From: Squalus acanthias
Lineage: Eukaryota
Length of the DNA stretch: 64,000 nucleotides
Direction of reading: 5' to 3'
Assembly: GCA_030390025.1 (NCBI GenBank)
Contig: CM059431.1
Span: forward strand, 136,030,001 to 136,094,000
Position numbers and translations under genes: made by a program
Notes under the pieces: model-generated
Told to the model about the DNA's origin: nothing
Seen by the model: the letters and a program-made list of their open reading frames with translations, nothing else
Databases searched by the model: none
Part shown: in pieces, positions 34,901 to 44,629 of the stretch
Position numbering within the stretch: the stretch's first letter is position 1
Layout of the letters: each line of letters starts with the position of its first letter

Positions 34901-36520
34901 GGAGGTTATAAATACTGCCTCGTCTTGGTGGATGTGTTTTCCAAGTGGGTGGAAGCCTTCCCCTGTCGAACAGCTACGGCACTGGGTACAGCAAAAATCT
35001 TGGTCCGGGAAGTGTTCTCGCGGTGGGGACTTCCCCGTTTTGTGGAGTCAGACCAAGGGAGTCATTTCACCGGCCAGGTGATGCAGAACACCCTCATGCT
35101 TTTGGGCATTGAAGGGAAGTGGCACGTAGCACACAATCCCCAGTCATCCGGGATTGTTGAACGCATGAACCGGACCCTGAAGGAGAAATTGAGGAAAGAG
35201 ACTAGGAACTCGCCCCAAAAATGGGCGGAAGTTCTGCCTTTAGTCCTCATGGGGGTCCGGGCCAGTCAGTCAAAAAGTACGGGGTACTCCCCGCACGAGG
35301 TGATGACTGGGAGGCTCATGCGAACCCCCACCCATGTGCTAGCGCCGGTGCTCACTGAGGGTCAGCTCCAAGAGATAAGCAGGGACAAGTTCGCCCAGAC
35401 TCTCTTGGAGCGCCTGAAGCAGGTTTATGAGCAGGCGGCTGGGAACATGGGAAGGCAGCATCAGGGCAATCGCTTGTTGCTGGAACCCCGCAAAACGCGG
35501 GAGTGGGAAGTAGGAGACCAGGTCATGGTCAGAAACTACGCCAGAGTAGGGAGTCTGGAACCACTGTATATGGGACCCTACAACATTGTAGACAAGGCGA
35601 GTCCCATGGTATACGCCGTAAAAGTACCTCGGCGCACTAAGTGGTTCCACGTAAACCAATGCAAACTGTACAAGCCAGGTGCGCAAGGGAAAACCACAGG
35701 GGTAAACCCCGCCAGTGGGGAAGCACAGCCCCAGGTAGGACCACAAGGCACACAGGCAGGCAAAGCAGCTTGCATCAGGGGAGGGGACATCCTGGAAGAT
35801 CATGAAGCATTTTTGTGGGGTTGGGAGTCAGATGAGGGAGAATTCCGGGAACTCGAGTCAGATGAGGATAGTGATGAAGACGAGTGGTTTTTGGGGAACG
35901 GTCCCATTTTAGGTATAGGGAGGATACGGGCTGCAGATAGAGATCCACACAGGGTGGACACACAAGCTGCAGGTCCCGAAGACAGGAGGGAGGAGCTAGG
36001 GGAGGCGGGGCCAGCCGCTGTGGGAGCACAGGGAGTGACGGTGAGGACCCCAGAGACAGAGCCGCCCGCTTTGAACGTCCCGTCCTCGGGGGAGGCAGAG
36101 ATCACGAGTGAAGGGCCGCCTGCTGGGCCGAGCAGGGCGGAGCCACAAACTGCGAGCCCCGAGGTTAGGGAGGCGGAGTCAGCGGAGGCGGAGCCAGCGA
36201 CTGTGGTGGAACCCCAGGTCGTCCCGATGGAAGTCTCGGAACCCGGTCCGTCAGTCACGGAACCCCCGCCCATGGCAACTCCCCGTAGGTCAAGTAGAGA
36301 ACCCCAGCCCAGGAGGATGTGGTCATGTCCCCAGACTGCCCCAAGGCGTAGACTTAAGGTTAAGGCAACCCAGATACAGCCCGGCCCCATCGCAGCAGCA
36401 ACAGGCTGCGGCAGATCAGAGGAAGGAATCAGTGCAGCAACAGGCTGCGGCAGATCAAAGGGAAGGGTCAGTGCCCTCCCACCGTCGGGAAGAGCTCGCA
36501 GCAGCCTTCTCAGAATTTAA
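32000..36520 (+). CDS. pol: Pol: PR-RT-tether(degenerate RNase H)-RNase H-integrase plus C-terminal extension
   Basis: The frame is open from directly after the gag stop. LLDTGAS; LPQGF..YVDD; LEVAAS (degenerate RH); YVDGS..AQQAEL..SDS..GNQQAD (second RH); HHCC, IDY..SDQG..VER; GPY. Confidence 0.95.
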   Translation, partial: LEPAQPVYLCPLSYDAWKRPLVEMEVEKQRGSYLLDTGASCTIIHTDSPFDSPLSTRVPFTLAGFTGKEQAGAFSLPLSIRLGALHLKWKCILMEWQEGGGRGILGSDLLSGHGILVDLRNHCLWGAKGEKGEVVVIPGEEETGVLCTVQPSGGYDLRLMVADVPTDMQTYVSDNMHAFATHKHDCGRVIGFEVSVDGDPMTRPQKQYNFPKEAEPDMETAMSSLVQQGVLRPIATHVNSPLWPVRKPDNSWRATVDYRVLNSNIPACAPTVAAVADLIGSIPASATTFTVLDISNGFWSIPLRREDQYKFAFTFKGQQYTWNCLPQGFHNSPSIFHQCMAGSLKEFSQPNQIVQYVDDLLLFTDSREEHGPLLDELLELLARKGFKINPKKARIGQREVKFLGLTIRAGERAIDKARRESVQELPIPNNIRGVRSFLGLTGYCRDFIEDYAATAAPLLRLLHKGVEWSWDEGCQAAFEKLKRDLQTAPALGAIDGGKEFFLEVAASGDSLSAVLLQERHGKLRPVVYSSRVLTDVERSFSNCERHLLATHWAVKRSAIFTGLSPITLLTHHTPTKMLLDGRIKDGTVSSARIARWTLLLSQLDLRVKGLCEPRLAANLVYPGTAHRCSVEGVWDVNIGLRAGIHPTGREIYVDGSSTVSAGERLTGCGVYDPAADLALAIKLPSTMSAQQAELSAVVYVVTHPDIFPTPYTICSDSMFTCNSCTEYLAIWSRRGYTSADGRPLTVKPLLEKILAAAVGEEGEIFIHKVKAHSSTEPRGEGNQQADALAREGARNGIFWDPYGTRPIAAIRGRDGNPGNTRVALPLDLKTVQTQDPALKAVLKTIAEGRQVEGPYSTATLSVKEGMLFREEQWVVPQQHRREFLQLAHEGPGAGHPGPEVTWQRVEQAGWWPGLREQVREFCANCLVCAANNPDPQKRKVPMGHVRRVEGPWQSIQIDYIGPLPTTQGGYKYCLVLVDVFSKWVEAFPCRTATALGTAKILVREVFSRWGLPRFVESDQGSHFTGQVMQNTLMLLGIEGKWHVAHNPQSSGIVERMNRTLKEKLRKETRNSPQKWAEVLPLVLMGVRASQSKSTGYSPHEVMTGRLMRTPTHVLAPVLTEGQLQEISRDKFAQTLLERLKQVYEQAAGNMGRQHQGNRLLLEPRKTREWEVGDQVMVRNYARVGSLEPLYMGPYNIVDKASPMVYAVKVPRRTKWFHVNQCKLYKPGAQGKTTGVNPASGEAQPQVGPQGTQAGKAACIRGGDILEDHEAFLWGWESDEGEFRELESDEDSDEDEWFLGNGPILGIGRIRAADRDPHRVDTQAAGPEDRREELGEAGPAAVGAQGVTVRTPETEPPALNVPSSGEAEITSEGPPAGPSRAEPQTASPEVREAESAEAEPATVVEPQVVPMEVSEPGPSVTEPPPMATPRRSSREPQPRRMWSCPQTAPRRRLKVKATQIQPGPIAAATGCGRSEEGISAATGCGRSKGRVSALPPSGRARSSLLRI

Positions 36521-36806
36521 AGGGGCCGCCCTGAGAACGGGCGGCACTGTATAGTAATAAGTTTTAAGTTTTAAGTTCATAGTTCAAGGTTAAGTTTATA
36601 GTTTTAATAAGGTTAAGATTGTAGTGTTTTTAACAGAAAACGATAAAATGATGGGAGCTTTAAAAATAGGTTTAGTTAAAGTTTATTCAGCGAACGTTGA
36701 AGTTTACGTGAGGCGAGGTCAGGGGACCCGCTCACCCTTCACAAAAGCCAGAGACTCTTGCGAGGCTGGCTACCTCATTCTATCTGATCACAGGAACCAA
36801 GGAAGG

Positions 36807-39158
36807 ATGGAACGAATTCTAGTATTGCTCGCGGCAATCGGATGTGGATTGGCCTATCGAGGCCGCACCAAGGATGTCGTGGTGTTTGGATGTTCCGGGG
36901 ACACGGCCCCCATCGCGGTGGATGGGACCGGAAGACGGGAGGCAGAGGAGACCAGCACCTATTTCCACAAGGGAAGGTGGCCAGGATGGCTGGGAACGAA
37001 CTCAACGGAGTATTCTAGCACATCGGGGTTTGCCTACAAAGAGACTTCTTTAATGTGCCCCAAAGTAAGGATCATCGCACCCAGGATCAGCGTCACCGTC
37101 GGCAAACGGATTTGTTTGACTTGTAGTGGGAATGTCCCATTGAGCCGATGGTGGTGGCTGCGAAAGCTGAGCAAAACTATGAGGAACTCTTCGGTCGAGT
37201 GGGAACGACTGGGTAATAATACCCATCGGACAATTACGGGGACAAACGGACAAGTGAAAGTCTGTTGGGACAAATGGTGGGAACCGGACGAGGGAATTTA
37301 TGTATGCATGTGGGGGTCAAAATACCCTTGCCCCAAAGGCATATCCATATTTTTCATTAATCAGTGGCAGGATAACGGACAGGGGATGAGGTGGGATGCG
37401 AGCACCAGGGGGTGCGGAGCCCCATACTCTTCGATCCCGGTAAATGCCACTGAGCTCATTACGCGCCCACGCAAAGCCCCGCCCACGATTCCGGTGGTTC
37501 TAGCTGAGGAAGAAGGGTGCCCTAAAACTAGTAAGGGACCCGGGAATGGTTTGGTACTGGTCCCCACAGACCAGATACTATTTCAGGGGGTACATTACGC
37601 GGTGGCCTCGGTGATTTTAAATCTCACCGAGGTGCGGTTACCAGAGTGGTGCCCCAAAAAGACGGAACAGTTGTATCAGGTCCTGTTGACCAAGATGTTC
37701 AGACAATTTTACGAATTCGATTTCGCGGAAATTGATAAAACAAGTTTGTACACCGCACCACAGGAAGTTTTGGATCAAGTAGGGAGGCAAAGAAGGGGTT
37801 TGGTGAACGATGCGTTCACTGCTTTTAACACGGGTACATCTGTGGTCAACGCTCTAGACAGTGTGGAGCTGCAGACCCAGATTAATGGTCTAAAAACGCA
37901 ATTAAAAGACATTCTAACAGATGAGAATAAAGTGGTAGGGTCGGGTCTACACGAGGACCAAGCCATGACTCTCCATTTAAAGGAAATTATAGCAGAGCTG
38001 GAGAAACATGCAAAGACGGTAAATGCCCTGATTAGGGAAGATCGGAATGCATCCGATCAAGCTGCGCAGAACGAGGTGTGCGTGCTTTACGGGGCGTGGT
38101 TACTGGGCGAGGGCCGCAGTAATTTGGAGGATTTAAAACAAGGTTTGGTCCCGTCCTGGATAAGTAACAAACACCTGCGGGCGCTCCACCCTTTTCAGAA
38201 CGCATTAAGTCCGTGTCAGCTCAGGCTAGCTTCAGAAGCATACCCAGTCCCCGTGGACTGCGGACGATCAAACCATACCATTATGGGTATAGTTTTACGC
38301 ATGCCGGTTTTGGGCGACACAGCAAAGCCCGCCCCGGTGTATCGGGTAGAGAACATTGGTGTCATTCAGGGGGGAGCCCACATTCGTTATGCAGCGGTTC
38401 CACCTTACGTCATCCGCTGGGAGCAAACGATGACAGGTACAGATCTCTCTGGTTGTCGTGGCAGGGGAGCACACATAATACTGTGCCCCCAGCACTTGAA
38501 TGCCTTTTTAACACCACAGTGCGGGTTCAGAACGATTGGCGCCAAGTCCATGAATTGTACCATGGAGGCAATGGCACAAGATCATGTGCCTCCGCAGGTA
38601 GCATACATCGGGGGTGGAACATATTGTGTTACCACTGCAGCGCAACACTACCAGCATGGAAACCGTAGCCGGTGTCCGGTGAGTGACAGCAGTTTCTGTT
38701 TTAAACCCAGGGCGGAAGTTCAAGTAGCACAACAGCGAATTATCCCAATCCCTGAACCATCCACTGTTCATCTCACAGTAAAAGAGAATTTCACCGACTT
38801 GCAACGATTCGTCGCGCATTTCGGATACCTCATTCCCCCTCTCCCTGAACACCTCACCAAGCTTTTAAAAGCCGTCGCGGTGTCACAGAAACATTTTTAC
38901 ACATTAGAACAGAAAACTGTCGAAATAGGAACAGACATTCTGGATATAGTAGTTCCACCGTGGTGGAATCTGTTCACCAATATTGAAGTGCCTTCATGGA
39001 TCAGAATAGCCTCCCACATTTTAGTCGTATGTCAAGTGTTTATTGTAGTGTACCTATTGGTCGTACATTGTAAAAGAGACAAACGCCTCACCAAGCATGA
39101 AAACACGGGAGAGTGGCGAGAACGTTACGTGCGCGTGCACGATGAAAGCACCGTGTAA
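36807..39158 (+). CDS. env: Envelope glycoprotein: signal peptide, Ig-like domain, class I fusion protein of paramyxo/pneumovirus F type, TM anchor
   Basis: ORF open from 36624; likely start MERILVLLAAIGCGLA at 36807, after a candidate splice acceptor (…gatcacag, 36793). RQRR|GLVNDAFTAFNTG cleavage site and fusion peptide, heptad repeat, Cys-rich region, TM IASHILVVCQVFIVVYLLVV. Confidence 0.88.
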   Translation: MERILVLLAAIGCGLAYRGRTKDVVVFGCSGDTAPIAVDGTGRREAEETSTYFHKGRWPGWLGTNSTEYSSTSGFAYKETSLMCPKVRIIAPRISVTVGKRICLTCSGNVPLSRWWWLRKLSKTMRNSSVEWERLGNNTHRTITGTNGQVKVCWDKWWEPDEGIYVCMWGSKYPCPKGISIFFINQWQDNGQGMRWDASTRGCGAPYSSIPVNATELITRPRKAPPTIPVVLAEEEGCPKTSKGPGNGLVLVPTDQILFQGVHYAVASVILNLTEVRLPEWCPKKTEQLYQVLLTKMFRQFYEFDFAEIDKTSLYTAPQEVLDQVGRQRRGLVNDAFTAFNTGTSVVNALDSVELQTQINGLKTQLKDILTDENKVVGSGLHEDQAMTLHLKEIIAELEKHAKTVNALIREDRNASDQAAQNEVCVLYGAWLLGEGRSNLEDLKQGLVPSWISNKHLRALHPFQNALSPCQLRLASEAYPVPVDCGRSNHTIMGIVLRMPVLGDTAKPAPVYRVENIGVIQGGAHIRYAAVPPYVIRWEQTMTGTDLSGCRGRGAHIILCPQHLNAFLTPQCGFRTIGAKSMNCTMEAMAQDHVPPQVAYIGGGTYCVTTAAQHYQHGNRSRCPVSDSSFCFKPRAEVQVAQQRIIPIPEPSTVHLTVKENFTDLQRFVAHFGYLIPPLPEHLTKLLKAVAVSQKHFYTLEQKTVEIGTDILDIVVPPWWNLFTNIEVPSWIRIASHILVVCQVFIVVYLLVVHCKRDKRLTKHENTGEWRERYVRVHDESTV

Positions 39159-39599
39159 TCGGAAAATGGCGTCATTCCCGCTCGCCACGTGCGCCGCGGA
39201 AGTTTGTACTCGATCATGATTTTCAAAGATTGTAAATACGTTTGGGAACTCGACATGTGTTAAGAGTTGGTGTTGATTATTTTTGGTGATGGTGTTGTAG
39301 TTAAAAATGATTGTTTGGTTTTGGGTTTTGTTTTTCCTTTCCCTGAATAAAAGATGAATATACAGGTGATACGAGAGGCATCGGCCTGGTTACGCCGGGA
39401 AGGAAAACAAGTGGTGTAAGTTTAAGGGCAAATAAAGGCCCACGGTGATATAAAATGTAATTTTCTTGGGAAATAAGGACGACACAGAGACCCTAGCTAG
39501 GTTAAAATTATGGGATTAATTTGCTGGATTCGGAGAGAAATCGAGATAATATTGCTCACCACTATGATTTTTGATACGATAAGCGGAGTTATTCGCATC

Positions 39600-39611
39600 A
39601 ACAGGAGGGAC
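39600..39611 (+). promoter_or_regulatory. Polypurine tract
   Basis: aacaggagggac immediately before the 3' LTR TG. Confidence 0.75.
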
Positions 39612-41258
39612 TGTAGAATTCGCAATTTATCGCGATTTTATTAATAAGGAGAAAACACAGAGTCACACAGTTCAAACAGCTTTTATTTCAGCAGAATGCG
39701 GTCAGGTTTTCTCAAAGTGGACACAAGCAGCCTGTAAAGTGCCCGCCGCACCTCGTGACAGAACATTCTAGACTTTTCGACAGGCAGACAAGATGGCGTT
39801 CCAATAAACATTTGTGCAAGATCGATTAAGATTCAGCACAGTGAAGATAATACACGAGACATTATGGGTTTGCAGTATACACATAAATACTGAAATCGGT
39901 CTCCCAGGTACGAATGAAAGCTATTGTACCGAGTAATCAAGGGCCCATCCAAAAGACATTAATATGTAAAATCCCAACGACTCTACGATGAGAGAGCCGT
40001 TAGCAGGTAGTTATACAAAACACTTGGAAGCCCCAAGACCCCTCCAGGGAGAACACCGACCGATTTAACAATGGGAGAAATATTAACAGGTACTCAGACA
40101 GTTACGAGTAGCCCCGAAACCCATTAAGAACGGAGATCACCCATACAAGACATTTGAGCGCCAAACCCAAACAAAAGAAAGGACATTAAGGTTGGGCGGG
40201 AAACGGAAGATTTTGTACTATAATTACAAGCTCCAACCGTCCATCGCTCTCTTATTCTCTTATCCGATCGACTCGTAACCTCGTGGCTGCTCCTGTGTTT
40301 TGACTCGTAGTCTGGTTCCTGCTTGCCTGGTGCCTCTTTGAAAAAGACTGTTGAACTTTCTGATCCGTTCGGATCTACCTCGTGTCGCGTAACGAAGACC
40401 TATGTTGGTAACTGGCAGCGGAACCAAAGGCCCGAGATGAGATGAGATGAGATGAGATGAGAAGAGAGGAAGACCATACTCATCGCCACGGTCAGTAAAT
40501 CCCGACCGCGCCTGTAGGTCGAATAGCCAAGTTTTCCTTGCCAGGAAGACTTCTTTGAACTTGCAAGAACGGATCATCACCGATGATATTGACTGGTCTG
40601 TGAAACCTGTTCGGAAAAGTACCTGTTAAACCAACCAACACAGATCTTCATCACAGCAGACGGCCCAGCCTGCTAGCCGGAGCAGAAGCAAGTAAACAAG
40701 TGGGACCAGGAGATCTCCTGACCGACACGTGGGTGCTGCGGTGAAAAACATCCGATCAGCTATTCGGAATTTCTCCGAGTTATCACGAGTGGTGAGCATG
40801 AGTCTCGAAATCCTACGAATCTAGTTAGGACAGATATTGATAGGGGAGGGTTTAAGTATTAAGGATACTTGTAATGTGTGCCCCTATTTACGGTGTGTCG
40901 TTCGTTCCTCGTTTCCCTAAGATCAGCTATATAACTGCTTGTAAGATTGTACTGTCGTTAATCTGTGCTTATGACATGTATTTCGTAATCTTAAGTATCA
41001 TGCAATAAAGATTTTCCATTTCGTACCATTCAACCGAGTCTACATGAGTTTCATCTCCATTACTGCTCTCGCATCTAAGTCCAGTGTCTAGAACCGTAAG
41101 GGCGAGTGATTCGAACCACTCACAGGTGTGTCTAGTGCTCCCAGACTGGCTGGAGACCAGAACAGGCAACAAGGCCTAAACCCGCACTGACATACAGGCT
41201 GCACAGAGCCGCGTGAATCTCACAGGCTGCGAGACACGCAGAGTCAGAATCCCTTACA
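39612..41258 (+). repeat. 3' LTR (1647 bp)
   Basis: Copy of the 5' LTR; four differences seen by eye. Confidence 0.97.
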
Positions 41259-42729
41259 CCAACCCACGCTATTTTCCCTTGATTGACCTTGTTAAGCCCG
41301 CCCAGCGGGCCAAGCAGGCCAATTAAGGGAAAGCCGGTTACAAGTGACGTCAGCGAGTGACGTTTCATCTGTCAAGAGCTTTTGACAGATGAATTGTCAT
41401 TGTTTGATGGCTCTGTGAAGCTGTCAATCAGGCTGAGTTAGAGAGCCCTCCTGAGCAGAAAGCAAAAGGCTGCAGCTTTTGACAGTTCAGTGGCCATTCT
41501 GCTTTCTGTGCCGGTGAGCTGAGGGACTCCGAGACCTGAAGGGAGGAAGCCTGCAGGAAGAAGTAAAGGTAAGTAAAACTTATTAAAACATTTTAAACAC
41601 ACCTCACACACTTACCTCTTCACACGTGCACCCATCACTCACCTGCACACCGGACATCTCGGCCCCTCCGACCCCCGCAGACCCACGGCTCGCCTCGCTG
41701 ACCATGGCGAGGTTTGGAGCCGTCGGGAAGCCCACACTTCAGGGCTGAAAATAGGTATTAGCCAAAAAAAAACCTGTTAAAATTGGCACTAATCCCCTTC
41801 CCGCCTCAGGGAGGCGGCTCCCAGCGCGGGTCGGGTACCCGCCTCCTGGGAAGATGGCACGGAGGCGGGTTGGGGCGGGATGGGTACCCGCCCCCAGATT
41901 CTGCCATTTTCCCGGCAGTCCCGCCTCCCCAGGGCTGGCAAAATTTCCCCCAACGTTTCAGGTCGATGACCTTTCGGCTGCACTGAAAGATGCTGGAGAT
42001 GAACAGCTTTTAAGCAAATGCAGAGCAGGGGAAAAGCTGCGACGTGTTTCTCCTCTTCCCCATCAGATTCCCGGAGACACCCCATCCTGGACTCAAATTA
42101 ATCTATCAGAAAATAGATGTGGATGTTTCTTGGCAGTCTGAAACAAGATAAACAGCACATTGTCAATACCTGGTTGATTAACAACTCTTTCCTCGGTGGC
42201 TGCTGGATACGACTGAAATCCAACGTGAACCCATGTAAATTTAAACACCACTTAATGTAACTCACTCCCAAATCCTTTCAGTGGAAGAATAGTCAAAAAT
42301 CCTAAGATGTGATGGTGTTGCTATTCTGTTCAGTGTGTCTATATTTCTCTTGTCAGAATATGTGTTACATCCCCTCTCTCCCGCCCCCGCCTCTCCACTC
42401 ATCACATAGCTGGGAATATTTGAACTGATGAACTAATTAGTGACATGAGGTATATCATCGGGTTCACATGTTAATAGTTGCATTGGTATTATAGCTCCCT
42501 TTGTAACATTATCGTAAAATGCCTGTTGATGGGATTTGAAGCAATATTTGATTGTGGGGCTTCAGTGACTTCATTACAGGTTATTTAATTAGGTTCTAAC
42601 AATGTTCAAAGTCTGGTGCAGTAATTGTCGGAATTAATTCTCTGTGAATTGTGATTTTGTTATGTTTGTATTTGTGTGATCTTTCCTGTCACTGGTGCTT
42701 TCCTCCAATATTGTTTGCTCGTGTTTCAG

Positions 42730-42752
42730 GAGTGGCAATTCACACACTCAAT
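42730..42752 (+). pseudogene. atp11a: Remnant of the atp11a GVAIYTG... exon (GVAIHT, then diverges)
   Basis: ttcag|GA GTG GCA ATT CAC ACA in the expected position and phase; the GMETKMA part is absent. Confidence 0.55.
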
Positions 42753-42964
42753 CATGATACAAAAATCACTGGTATTAGTAGTATACCTTATTCAGTAGTC
42801 AGAGCTTGAAAGTAACACAATGAGATCCCAAGCTAGTGGTGTGCCCCGGGGGTCGATATTAGGGCATATTATGGTGCGCCCCTACTGGTCTCAAGCTAAG
42901 TTCTGCATGTCTATAATTCTGTCTGTTTGATATCCGTGCGTAATTTGTGTATTTTCTTTAACAG

Positions 42965-43115
42965 ATCAATGAATGCGTTCCTGATTGTGTACTTGTGTAT
43001 CTTGATCAGTAAAGCTTTGATAACCACAGTCTTGAAATACATATGGCAAAGTGATTCTATTCAGGATGAGCCTTGGTTTAACATGAAAACACAGACAGAA
43101 CGGCAAAGAAACAAG
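42965..43115 (+). pseudogene. atp11a: atp11a exon: SMNAFLIVYLCILISKALITTVLKYIWQ...ERQRNK (TM3)
   Basis: aacag| ... |gtaaat; the SMNAFLIVYLCILISKAL peptide is ATP11A-like. Confidence 0.95.
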
Positions 43116-43719
43116 GTAAATGAGAACATCGTGGATTGCTTCGGGCCCATTTAAATCTTCCTGGAATTTACATAGAGAACCGGAATAATTTCAGAATTTT
43201 AGACATCACTGATACGACTCACTCCTTCTACCAAAAGTGTAGGAGGGTGAATCAGATGCAGCATCAGCCATACCTTGGAATCTGCATCAACCCAGTGAAG
43301 CTACAACATGGCTGTACAGCGAAAGCAGCAGGCTAAAGGCAGAGCTAAGCAGTCCCATGACCAACTGCTTAGAGCAAAGCTCTGAAGCCCAACCACATCC
43401 ATGGATGGACAATCCGGCAACTCATACATCCGCAGCCCCATCCTCAACTATTGCGGAGCCTGGCATTTGAGTGCAAGCGACAAGGCTAAAGTCTTTGTGA
43501 TTATCTTCAGCCAAAGGCTTGCTTGGCCTCCTCACAAAGTCCTCAGCATCATGGCTGCCGTGTCTAGCCAATTCGGCTCACACCATGTGATGCTGAGTGC
43601 ACTGGACTTGACAAAGACTTTGGGGTCTGACCACATCACGGCTATCGTGCCGAAGGTGTGTGCACTAGGAACGAGCTGCTTCCCGAGCTATTCCAGTCCA
43701 GCTGTGACATTTACCCAAC

Positions 43720-44540
43720 ATAAGAACATAAGAATTAGGAGCAGGAGTCGGCCATTCAGCCCTTCGAGCCTGCTCCACCATTCAATAAGATCATGGCTGA
43801 TCTTCTACCTCAACTCCACCTTCCCGCACTATCTCCATATCTATTGATTCCCTTAGTATCCAAAAATCTATCAATCTCAGTTTTGAATATACTCAATGAC
43901 TGAGCATTCACAGCCCTCTGGGGTAGAGAATTCCAAAGATTCACCACCCTCTGAGTGAAGAAATTTCTCCTCATCTTAGTCCTAAATGGCTGACCCCTTA
44001 TTGTGAGACTGTGATCCCTGGTTCTAGACTCTCCAGCCAGGGGAAACATCCTCCCAACATCTACCCTGTCAAGCCCCTTCAGAATTTTATACGTTTCAAT
44101 GAGATCACCTCTCATTCTTCTAAACTGTAAGGAATATAGGCCATTCTACTCAGTCTCTCCTCATAGGACAATCCCCTCGTCCCAGGAATGAGTCGAGTGA
44201 ACCTTTGTTGCACTCCCTCTAAGGCAAGTGTATCCTTCCTTAGGTAAAGAGACCAGTATTCCAAATGCAGTTTCACCAAGGCCCTATATAATTGCAGTAA
44301 GACTTCTTCATTCTTAGCCTTTATTGCAAAAGGATTGTAGTATAACAAACCATTTTATTTCCTAATTGCTTGCTGTACCTGCATGTTAACTTTCTGTGAT
44401 TCGTGTACAAGGACACCCAAATCCCTCTGCATGCCAACATTTCCCAATCTCTCCCCTCTTAAAAAATAATCTGCTTTTCTATTTTTCCTACCAATGTGGA
44501 TACATTCACATTTCTCCCCATTATTTTTCATCTGCCACGC
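43720..44540 (-). mobile_element. CR1 3' fragment, degraded
   Basis: ORFs 43810-44115 and 44112-44348 with CR1 ORF2 C-terminal motifs; cataagaa tail. Confidence 0.9.
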
Positions 44541-44629
44541 ACTTACCCACTTACTTCACCAAAAGGACAGTTGGGTTTTTACGGCAATCCGGCAGCTACA
44601 TCGTCACTTCTATTGAGACCAGATTTTTA

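Larger units (their letters stand above)
28539..41258 (+). mobile_element. Apparently intact lokiretrovirus-like endogenous provirus (LTR-gag-pol-env-LTR, 12720 bp)
   Basis: TG...CA LTRs; CCAAC duplication (28534-28538, 41259-41263); PBS; PPT; three long uninterrupted ORFs; dual RNase H; F-like Env. Confidence 0.9.

Noticed and set aside
36108..36554. Arg/Ser-rich overlapping ORF resembling a Rev/Rex-like accessory protein
   Set aside because: GTG start and a stop just upstream (36072). The Arg-richness is the expected +1 shadow of the Glu/Ala/Pro-rich pol tail. Not supportable without conservation data.
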